From the NCBI GenBank assembly GCA_016936615.1, contig JAFGXN010000167.1, positions 7,641 to 71,640 on the forward strand: a stretch of 64,000 bases of DNA, written 5' to 3'. Made by a program: the position numbers and the translations under genes. This document shows, piece after piece, positions 57,099 to 64,000 of the stretch. Numbering within the stretch: position 1 is the first letter of the stretch; every line of letters starts with the position of its first letter. This DNA is from Spirochaetales bacterium. GTDB lineage: Bacteria > Spirochaetota > Spirochaetia > JAFGXN01. Under the pieces are notes generated by a model. It had not been told where the DNA came from. It saw nothing but the letters and a program-made list of their open reading frames with translations, and did no database searches.

Positions 57099-58112
57099 AT
57101 GAAAAATCACCGCAGATTGAAGCCTTTTTTCTATTTTATTGCTGTCATAATTTTGCTAATCGTCATCTTTTCTATAATAGTTGCGGTCTTGAAGATCAAT
57201 CCTGTAGTCAGTGGCGGAGTTGATGATACTAGTGGAGATCTTGTAGTTGAATCAGAAAATTTCGATAGCAATGTTAATAATACCATTTCTTTAAAACAGT
57301 TCAAAGAGGGGAAAGAAATTTTATACAAGAGCCTTTTAACTTCTAACTTAAAGCCTTACACTCCTGCTCTTTGGTGTGAATATTATATATTGAAATATCC
57401 AAAGGCAAAAGTATTTTTGAGTAAACAGTTAGAATCTGATTTTTTCTTTTATCCTGAAAATTTAGAAGTTTTTATTTTAGAAATTTTAAAGGACGAGTCT
57501 GGTCAAAAATGGTGTAGATTGTCAGATTCTGTTGGGGTTACTGGTTGGATAATTTATAGTAGCGAACTATTTGATCAGCAGAAAATCTTTGTTCTAAGTG
57601 ATGATTTAGAGATTAAGCAGAATGAAGCTGTTGTCCTTTCACATCTTCCAGAAATTGTTCGGCAAGGACCTATCTTGAGACTTAATAGCGAACTAGAGTT
57701 GATTGATAAATTAGAGTGGCCAGGTCCATGCTACAGTGTTAATAGCTTAGATGGAAACTTGTTGTTAATAAATGTCTTTATTGATTATAGTAATCTTTTT
57801 AAGATTTACAATTTAAATAGTCAAAAGTTATCTTCTACAATTCATGGAATGCCTATTTATAATTCAAGAAAAAACTTAGCCTTAGCAAAAAGCACTATTT
57901 ATCTAGACCCTCAGGTTTTTTTATATGAGATACGTGATGATGAGTTTCATCTTGTTTTTAATTATGAATTTTCTGTATTCGAAGAACTTACCAATTTAAG
58001 TTGGCTTAGTGGGGATGTTGCGGAAATAAAAATTAAGAGCTCAGGAGTTGATAAAACTTTTCATATAGTTAAAGAACGCGGCAATTGGTTTATCGATGAG
58101 ATTTTTCTTTAG
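57099..58112 (+). CDS. Hypothetical membrane-anchored protein (N-terminal cassette paralogue A)
   Basis: It begins MKNHRRLKPFFYFIAVIILLIVIFSIIVAVLKI, a signal-anchor, and has a GGAGGGG RBS. The ORF-track start at 57072 adds 9 unsupported codons. The C-terminal domain has no recognised motif. Confidence 0.45.
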   Translation: MKNHRRLKPFFYFIAVIILLIVIFSIIVAVLKINPVVSGGVDDTSGDLVVESENFDSNVNNTISLKQFKEGKEILYKSLLTSNLKPYTPALWCEYYILKYPKAKVFLSKQLESDFFFYPENLEVFILEILKDESGQKWCRLSDSVGVTGWIIYSSELFDQQKIFVLSDDLEIKQNEAVVLSHLPEIVRQGPILRLNSELELIDKLEWPGPCYSVNSLDGNLLLINVFIDYSNLFKIYNLNSQKLSSTIHGMPIYNSRKNLALAKSTIYLDPQVFLYEIRDDEFHLVFNYEFSVFEELTNLSWLSGDVAEIKIKSSGVDKTFHIVKERGNWFIDEIFL

Positions 58113-58139
58113 AATAGTTTTCAATTATGGAGGAATATT

Positions 58140-58796
58140 ATGAAAAATCATAAAAGACTAAGAGTTTTGTTTTATGTCTTGATTGTTTTTATAATTTTTA
58201 TGATCGTCATCTTTTCTATTATGATTGCAGTCTTGAAGATTGATTTTGTAATCGGGGTGAAGATTGACCATTCTGCTGATACAAAGCCTGTTCAGTGGGA
58301 TAATTCTCTTAATCTGAGGCAGGGGTATAACCAGTGCTCAGCATTTTCAGCTTCGGCTTTCATCTATTCAACGTCCGGAGAGTTTCATGAACCTCGCACG
58401 GTGTATGAGACTTTTTCAAAAATGGATAATGGTATGGTTACGCCGTTTGAAATTGTAAAGTATTTGCGAAAATCTGGATACAGTGTTAAATTGAGATATC
58501 TGGGGTTGATGGGTGAGGATAGACAGAAGCGCTACCTTATTGATTCTGCGAAGAGCAATAATCCCTATATTGCTTTAGTTCTAGATCACGGAGTGCTTCA
58601 CTATATCACGGTTCTAGGATTTTCAGATGGCTTCTTCCACGTCTATGATTCGATGCAGAGTCCATCGACAGCAGGATTTACTATCGACGAGAATGGATTT
58701 AGCCCTGGAAATAAAGATTTTAGCCTGGATGAGTTCTATGAAATATGGAGTGGCCCAGCTTATAAGCGAATTTATTTACGGGTGATTATACAGTAG
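58140..58796 (+). CDS. Membrane-anchored papain-like cysteine peptidase (Peptidase_C39_2-like) (N-terminal cassette paralogue B)
   Basis: It begins MKNHKRLRVLFYVLIVFIIFMIVIFSIMIAVLKI. A Q-x5-C catalytic arrangement (QGYNQCSAFSAS) is followed by His (GVLHYITVLGF) and Asp (HVYDS). Confidence 0.45.
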   Translation: MKNHKRLRVLFYVLIVFIIFMIVIFSIMIAVLKIDFVIGVKIDHSADTKPVQWDNSLNLRQGYNQCSAFSASAFIYSTSGEFHEPRTVYETFSKMDNGMVTPFEIVKYLRKSGYSVKLRYLGLMGEDRQKRYLIDSAKSNNPYIALVLDHGVLHYITVLGFSDGFFHVYDSMQSPSTAGFTIDENGFSPGNKDFSLDEFYEIWSGPAYKRIYLRVIIQ

Positions 58797-58809
58797 AAAG
58801 GATTTTTAT

Positions 58810-59547
58810 ATGAAAAAAATATTAATTATCAACAGCAGCATTCGAAAAAAGTCCACATATTCGTTGTTAAAAAGAATTGAGGCTCTGCTCGGAGAATCTG
58901 AGGTCGAGTTTGTTAATATCAAAGATTTTAACATCAGGCCGTGTACTGGATGCGAAAATTGCCTTCGAAAAGGCACATGTCCCCTCAGCGACGATGCTAA
59001 TCTTCTGCTTTCACAAATCACTAGTGCTGATGGAATAATTATTGGAACTCCGGTATATCTTAGACATATTTCAGGTTATTTAAAAGTCTTAATCGATCGA
59101 GCTTGCGCCTGGTACCACAGACCAGCGCTTGCGGGTAAGCCTGTGTTTTTTGTTACAACGACTCAAGTTACAGGCTCGCGGCAGGCAGTCAGATATTTGC
59201 AGGATCTTTCTGTTCAGTGGGGGACTATCTACGCAGGCGCTCTTCCCCGAACCATGTTTAATCTAGAAAAGGAGTTGAAAAAGCGGACTTTTTCTAAGTT
59301 TTTGTTTTATTTAGATGACAAAAATACTACAAAGTATCGTCCAAGTTTCAAGCAGTTACTTGAATTCCACACTCAGAAGGTTCTGGCTGTTAATATACTT
59401 CCTCTCGACCTAGAATATTGGAGAGAAAAAGGATATATCGACAAGCCATATTATTACGATTGCAGGATAACTCTTTGTAAAAGATTTCTTGGCCATCTAT
59501 ACTACAAAATGCTGTCGTATTTTATTGGTAAAAATAAAGTTGAGTAG
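58810..59547 (+). CDS. NAD(P)H-dependent FMN reductase / iron-sulfur flavoprotein-like (flavodoxin fold)
   Basis: The flavodoxin-like fold start is MKKILIINSSIRKKSTY. A CxxC...C cluster (CTGCENCLRKGTC) follows, then GIIIGTPVY. Confidence 0.55.
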   Translation: MKKILIINSSIRKKSTYSLLKRIEALLGESEVEFVNIKDFNIRPCTGCENCLRKGTCPLSDDANLLLSQITSADGIIIGTPVYLRHISGYLKVLIDRACAWYHRPALAGKPVFFVTTTQVTGSRQAVRYLQDLSVQWGTIYAGALPRTMFNLEKELKKRTFSKFLFYLDDKNTTKYRPSFKQLLEFHTQKVLAVNILPLDLEYWREKGYIDKPYYYDCRITLCKRFLGHLYYKMLSYFIGKNKVE

Positions 59548-59584
59548 TGTATATTGTTAATAAAATATTTTTGGGGGGATTATT

Positions 59585-59902
59585 ATGGCGTCAGATTTAA
59601 GTTTTGTCGAGTATGTTGCAGATCAGATTGGTTGTGGTGAGGTTACTTTTCGAAAGATGTTCGGTGAGTATGCTCTCTACTGTGATGGAAAGGTTGTTGC
59701 TCTAATCTGCGACAATAAGGTCTTTGTTAAAGTAACAGCCGGGGGGCGAGACTTTATTGGTAATCCTGTTGAGGCTCCTGCTTATTCTGGTGCGAAGCCA
59801 AGCTTCCTGATCGAGGATGGATTTGAAGACAGGGAGTGGTTCACCGAGTTAATCCGCATTTCTGCGCTAGAGCTACCATATCCTAAGAAACGAAAAAAAT
59901 GA
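59585..59902 (+). CDS. TfoX N-terminal-domain-only protein
   Basis: The sequence LSFVEYVADQIGCGEVTFRKMFGEYALYCDGKVVALICDNKVFVKV matches the TfoX/Sxy N-terminal domain pattern. Confidence 0.55.
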   Translation: MASDLSFVEYVADQIGCGEVTFRKMFGEYALYCDGKVVALICDNKVFVKVTAGGRDFIGNPVEAPAYSGAKPSFLIEDGFEDREWFTELIRISALELPYPKKRKK

Positions 59903-60034
59903 TAGTAAATATGGAAAGTCTATTTATTGAAATGCGAAAAAAAGAATTTAAATAAAGTGACTAATAGTCATAAAGTTGTTGACTTAAGTCGTAAATATGA
60001 TTATATTATGACTGTTAGTCATATAGGAGGCTTT

Positions 60035-60439
60035 ATGGATTTGAATTATTTTAGCGTATTGGCATTTAGTTGGGCAGGTATTGGTATTATCTCGAGAATT
60101 CTTATGTTTTTCTTGGGAGACAGATGGGCTAAATGGGAGTTAAATCGTGCCTATTCAGAAAAAAGACCTAAATGGATTATTTTTGTGGCAGTTTTTTTCT
60201 TGATTCTTGTTGTTGTTACTTGGGTTCAGGTCGGAATAACTGATATTCGAGGAAGTTGGATAATAGCTGTTTTGCTATCATTGGTATTAATCAAGGTTTC
60301 AACTTGGGTTTTTAACTACAATTCTTTTCGTAATTTTGCAGAGGTTATGTTAAAAGATAGAAAGAAGATGAGGATTTTAAATATTTTTGTTTTAGTATTA
60401 TCAATTGCAATGATTTTGATGGGCATCTTGTTATACTAA
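60035..60439 (+). CDS. Hypothetical 4-TM membrane protein
   Basis: The start was set at MDLNYFSVLA (60035), with AGGAGG 4 nt upstream. The ORF track begins at 59927 without RBS support. Confidence 0.4.
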   Translation: MDLNYFSVLAFSWAGIGIISRILMFFLGDRWAKWELNRAYSEKRPKWIIFVAVFFLILVVVTWVQVGITDIRGSWIIAVLLSLVLIKVSTWVFNYNSFRNFAEVMLKDRKKMRILNIFVLVLSIAMILMGILLY

Positions 60440-60459
60440 AAATATTGACAGGGGAAAAT

Positions 60460-61062
60460 ATGCCTAAGCAGACATTTTATAATCTAAATTTTGAAAAGCA
60501 GCAGAAGATTTTTTCTGCTGCCTTGAGTCTCTTTTCAAATTTGAGATATGATCAAATTTCAATAGATAAAATTGTATTCGAGGCTGGAATACCAAAAGGT
60601 AGTTTTTATCAGTATTTCTCGGGAAAAGATGATCTTTTCAAATATATTTTTAAGGATATTGGAAAAGTCACGACCGAAAAGCTTTTGGAAAAGATTGAAA
60701 AAAGTATTGAAGTTGATTTTATTGCGTTGATAATGGAACTTCTGAATTTCTCTCAATCAATGCTTGCTGAAAATCCTGAACTTTTATTGTTAAAGAAGCG
60801 ATTTCTTGAGGAATGTCCGCAGAGTGTTAAAAATCAGATTTTGTCAGAGTTTCAAGATGAAACAGATCTTGTTTACTCAACACTTCTACAGAAGTGCATT
60901 GAACAAAAGATTGTGAGCCAGTATATTAATCTTGAACTTTCTTCCAAATTATTATCTTTAATCTCTTTGAATATTGAAAAATTTTCATCACCTAGCACCA
61001 CTGATTTTAATCAGTTGACTATCGATTTATTGTCTGTAGTTTATAACGGATTAAAACCTTAG
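60460..61062 (+). CDS. TetR/AcrR family transcriptional regulator
   Basis: The N-terminal HTH (YDQISIDKIVFEAGIPKGSFYQYF) is typical of TetR. The start was set at MPKQ (60460). Confidence 0.75.
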   Translation: MPKQTFYNLNFEKQQKIFSAALSLFSNLRYDQISIDKIVFEAGIPKGSFYQYFSGKDDLFKYIFKDIGKVTTEKLLEKIEKSIEVDFIALIMELLNFSQSMLAENPELLLLKKRFLEECPQSVKNQILSEFQDETDLVYSTLLQKCIEQKIVSQYINLELSSKLLSLISLNIEKFSSPSTTDFNQLTIDLLSVVYNGLKP

Positions 61063-61096
61063 AAATTGTAAAATTTTAGATTTTTTTAATTAAAAT

Positions 61097-61140
61097 ACAA
61101 CCTTCAGGGAGATCCCCCGAAGGTTGTCTGCTTTTATTTT
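61097..61140. terminator. Bidirectional rho-independent terminator between tetR-like and the vWA lipoprotein gene
   Basis: ACAACCTTC-agggagatcccccg-AAGGTTGT followed by CTGCTTTTATTTT. Confidence 0.65.
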
Positions 61141-62321
61141 ACAAATCCCTTCTCAGTTCCAAGTTCTGATATTGCTTTGATTATTGATGTGTCGAGAGTC
61201 TCGACTCCTGCCTCAGCAGATTTATCAGAGATATACTGGTTCCGTTTCTGTGCAAGTTCTGCAATTTTCTTCTGGATTTCAGCTCTCTCTTTCGACTTTT
61301 CTTCAACTTTTTTCTTTAATTCGGCGTCTGATAGCCCTTGATATTCTGCTGGAAGGCTCTCTTCTTTAACTTCAGATATTTCAACCTCTTCGTTTTCTAT
61401 TGCATCGACTAGATCCCATGAAGAGTTCTTATATTTTGAGGTAGATTTAGATACAATTCTATCCGACATAACCTTGCTGTTCATCTGGCTTGCATTTGAA
61501 TCCTGTGTTGACTGTTTCATTGAATAGTTAATGCCTTCACTTCCGTAGTAGATATAGGTATTATTCAGCTGTGTATTTAGGTAAAAAAGTTGATCGTCAT
61601 AGGGTGTTGTAATGTCTGCGACAGCCGCGTTGTGATCGATAATCATATATTTTCCACCGCCAAGTCTAGCACCATCTTTCCAGAATCCATTGATTCCAGT
61701 CTGCAAATCGCCGCAGTGAATTGTGTTCACATAGATATTCTTGTTGGCAGCAGTTGAGCATATTTTCTTATAATCAATCTTTCCCTGATTAAAAGGTTCA
61801 TTTCCTGCGATGAATACTACCTTGAAGACTTTATTATCTTCTTTCCATTTAAGTTGTTTTACAGCCTGATCAATTACCGCACCGCAATACTCGCTTCCGC
61901 CGTTTGTAGTCAAGGCAAAGAGCCGCTCCGAGATATCATCAAGGCTCTGTGAAAAGTCGAGGACTTTTCTGATGTAGCCACTCTCTTCGCTCAATCCATC
62001 ATTGCCGTACTCGAAGAGGGCAATTTCAAGCTCGATTGGATCGCCATTTTTCTCAAGGGCAGCAAAGTAATTGATAATTGTCCAGAAATTCCCTTTTGCC
62101 TGCTCAATCAGACCGTCCATACTGTTGGAGGTATCAAGCAGCAGTGCCAGCTGGACAGCCTTGCCGTCGAAGGCAGTCGAGTAGGGGGTAGCTACAGTTG
62201 TTCTGTCGTTCCCATTATTTTCTCTATTCCCGTTGGTGCTGGCAGTCGAACCAGTACCATCATCTTTTTTACATCCAAAAGCAAGTGCCATTATCATGGC
62301 AAAAATAAGTAATTTTTTCAT
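61134..62321 (-). CDS. von Willebrand factor type A (vWA) domain lipoprotein
   Basis: The lipobox is MKKLLIFAMIMALAFGC, with GGAGA RBS. The MIDAS-like motif is LLLDTSNSMDG. The ORF-track start at 62378 is upstream of the RBS-supported ATG. Confidence 0.6.
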   Translation of the reverse strand: MKKLLIFAMIMALAFGCKKDDGTGSTASTNGNRENNGNDRTTVATPYSTAFDGKAVQLALLLDTSNSMDGLIEQAKGNFWTIINYFAALEKNGDPIELEIALFEYGNDGLSEESGYIRKVLDFSQSLDDISERLFALTTNGGSEYCGAVIDQAVKQLKWKEDNKVFKVVFIAGNEPFNQGKIDYKKICSTAANKNIYVNTIHCGDLQTGINGFWKDGARLGGGKYMIIDHNAAVADITTPYDDQLFYLNTQLNNTYIYYGSEGINYSMKQSTQDSNASQMNSKVMSDRIVSKSTSKYKNSSWDLVDAIENEEVEISEVKEESLPAEYQGLSDAELKKKVEEKSKERAEIQKKIAELAQKRNQYISDKSAEAGVETLDTSIIKAISELGTEKGFVK

Positions 62322-62411
62322 AACATTTCTCCTTTCATCTGTGTAAAATTTACAACAGATCTGAAAGTCAGTTGTCATGGGTGTGTAAAAATTTGTAAAA
62401 GAGATGTAAAA

Positions 62412-63110
62412 TCAGCAGCAGAATTTATAACCGACCCCGTGGATTGTCTTGATAATATTCTCAGTCGCTGGGATCTCATCAAATTTTTTTCTTAGCTTGA
62501 CAATATACTGGTCAAGTGTCCGTGTAGTTCCGTAGTAATCGATTCCCCAGACCTTGCTCAGCAGGAAGTCGCGGTCAAGAACCTTGTTCTGATTCTCAAG
62601 GAAAATTTTAAGCAGCTCAAACTCCTTAGCAGAGAGTTCAAAGAGTTTATCTTCACATTTCATTGTCATCTGCATCGTGTCTACACTCCATCCGCAGACC
62701 TTAAATGTTCGCGAGTCGTGTAGGCTTTCAGTTTTTGCAGCCCTAGCTGACCGGCGCAGATTCGCCCTGATTCTTGCAAGCAACTCGTTCACCCCGAAAG
62801 GTTTGACTACATAATCGTCTGCTCCGATCTCTAATCCAACAACCTTATCAATCTCCTGACCTTTCGCTGTCAGCATAATAATCACCACGCCACTATCACT
62901 CTGGCGAATCTTCCGACACAAATCATATCCACTGAGATTCGGCATCATCACATCCAGCAATATCAAATCCGGCCTGAAGTCCCGGTAGGCGTCAAACCCG
63001 GCAAGACCATCCTCTGCCACGGCAACCTCAAATTGTTCTGAGGCAAGCAGATCTTTCAGCCCTGTGAGAATCGCCTTATCATCTTCGACTATCAGAATTT
63101 TCTCTTTCAT
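62412..63110 (-). CDS. Two-component response regulator, OmpR/PhoB family
   Basis: The receiver domain carries ILIVEDD, the phospho-acceptor context LILLDVMMP, and T/K residues. The C-terminal winged helix contains GYKF. Confidence 0.8.
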   Translation of the reverse strand: MKEKILIVEDDKAILTGLKDLLASEQFEVAVAEDGLAGFDAYRDFRPDLILLDVMMPNLSGYDLCRKIRQSDSGVVIIMLTAKGQEIDKVVGLEIGADDYVVKPFGVNELLARIRANLRRSARAAKTESLHDSRTFKVCGWSVDTMQMTMKCEDKLFELSAKEFELLKIFLENQNKVLDRDFLLSKVWGIDYYGTTRTLDQYIVKLRKKFDEIPATENIIKTIHGVGYKFCC

Positions 63111-64000
63111 TTCGACTCCGTAAAAATTATTTTAAATATTGTTCCGCCGCCTTCACGTCGGTGGCAGCTGATTTTCCCACCCAGTTTCTGCACAATCGAG
63201 GCAGAAATTGCAAGCCCGAGACCAGTTCCATTTGTCTTTGCTGTAAGCGAATCATCGACGCGGAAGAACTCCTTGAAGACCTTCTGGGCATATTTCTCGG
63301 GGATACCAATTCCACGGTCTGCAACTTCGATTACGACTTGCTCAGCCTTGCTGTAGAGATTAAGGTGTACCGATTTCTGCTCATCGCTGTATTTCTTCGC
63401 ATTCGAAAGCAAGTTCATCAGAACCTGCTTGACCGCATCAGAGTTCCCCTTGATAAAAAGAATTTCCTCCGGAAGATTGAGGGAAAACTCAAATCCAGCA
63501 GATTTAAACTCCATCTCAAAGGTTGTATAAATTTCGCTACATATCTGGTTCAGCTCGATTGTTCTCAAATCTGAGATTATTGCCCCTTTTTCAAGTTTCG
63601 AGAAGTCAAGAACATTATTGATCAGCGAGGTCAGCCTTTTTCCCTCATCAAGAATAGTCTGAAAGTAGAGCTGCTGATTAGACTCGCTGACTCTGCGATC
63701 TTTGAGCATCTCCGTGTAGAGCCGAATAGTTGTCAGCGGAGTTTTCAGCTCGTGCGAGACATTAGCGACAAATGATGTCTTCTTTGCTGCAAGTTTGAGC
63801 TGATAGCCTGTGAAATAGATAATCATAAAAGCCCCGGCAAGGGCAGAGAGCATCAAGGCAATAACTCCACCAGCAACTGTTGCAACACGTGTGCGAATCT
63901 GCGCTTGCAGGGCAGAACCATCCGGCAGGTAGGCCGCAATCTGCCAGCCCGGGATAATCTCGCTCAGATCCCGTGTGGCAATCGGCAGATTTTTCTCTAT
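63107..64000 (-). CDS. Sensor histidine kinase, C-terminal part. The N-terminus lies beyond the window end.
   Basis: The HisKA H-box is FVANVSHELKTPLT. The HATPase_c N, G1 and G2 boxes are NLLSNAKKYS, DRGIGI and GTGLGLAI. The reading frame stays open to the window edge. It overlaps the response-regulator start by 4 nt. Confidence 0.75.
   Translation of the reverse strand: MEKNLPIATRDLSEIIPGWQIAAYLPDGSALQAQIRTRVATVAGGVIALMLSALAGAFMIIYFTGYQLKLAAKKTSFVANVSHELKTPLTTIRLYTEMLKDRRVSESNQQLYFQTILDEGKRLTSLINNVLDFSKLEKGAIISDLRTIELNQICSEIYTTFEMEFKSAGFEFSLNLPEEILFIKGNSDAVKQVLMNLLSNAKKYSDEQKSVHLNLYSKAEQVVIEVADRGIGIPEKYAQKVFKEFFRVDDSLTAKTNGTGLGLAISASIVQKLGGKISCHRREGGGTIFKIIFTESK

Noticed and set aside
1-64000. 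Search for mobile-element genes (transposase DDE or HTH, integrase, phage structural genes), rRNA and tRNA.
   Set aside because: No ORF showed transposase, integrase or phage hallmarks. No long stretch lacks ORFs other than 56536-57002. No tRNA-like cloverleaf signatures were recognised by eye. Nothing was called.

Overview
This 64 kb window is a low-GC (about 35-38%) bacterial chromosomal segment, densely coding on both strands, with short intergenic regions and many rho-independent terminator hairpins. The gene content suggests an anaerobic, host-associated organism, possibly a spirochete (Treponema-like). That guess rests on the rnfCDGEAB order, pyruvate formate-lyase, bactofilin, PEGA and YD-repeat proteins, and cannot be confirmed without a database search.

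The backbone is housekeeping:
- pflB, whose 3' end lies outside the window
- a PcnB/CCA-family nucleotidyltransferase
- a complete rnfCDGEAB operon, preceded by a translationally coupled unknown membrane protein
- prfB, with its conserved programmed +1 frameshift
- ftsY
- a lolCDE-like set
- rnz
- an ABC/ABC-2/GldG-like/DUF4340 module
- a sodium:solute symporter
- a PSP1, bactofilin and M23 peptidase cluster
- tatD, a dus gene and purM-purN-purD-purE
- a TetR regulator
- a response regulator and histidine kinase pair, the kinase truncated at the window end

Among these sits a set of host-glycan foraging enzymes: a sialidase, GH2, GH29 and GH95 fucosidases, a GH57 protein, and a 1050-aa multidomain surface lipoprotein.

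No rRNA, tRNA, CRISPR array, transposase or integrase was recognised.

The most unusual regions are:
- a roughly 470 bp insert of relatively high GC with no long ORF, flanked by a 27-bp perfect direct repeat (56509-57029)
- directly downstream, two adjacent genes that share a near-identical 5' UTR and N-terminal membrane-anchor cassette but have unrelated C-terminal domains, one of them papain-like
- a minus-strand gene pair encoding a zinc-ribbon protein plus a protein with CorA-like topology
- a fusion of an HprK-C-like P-loop domain with an Asp23 domain
- a 499-aa polytopic membrane protein coupled to rnfC

All functional calls come from motif recognition in the translated ORFs. None was checked against a database.
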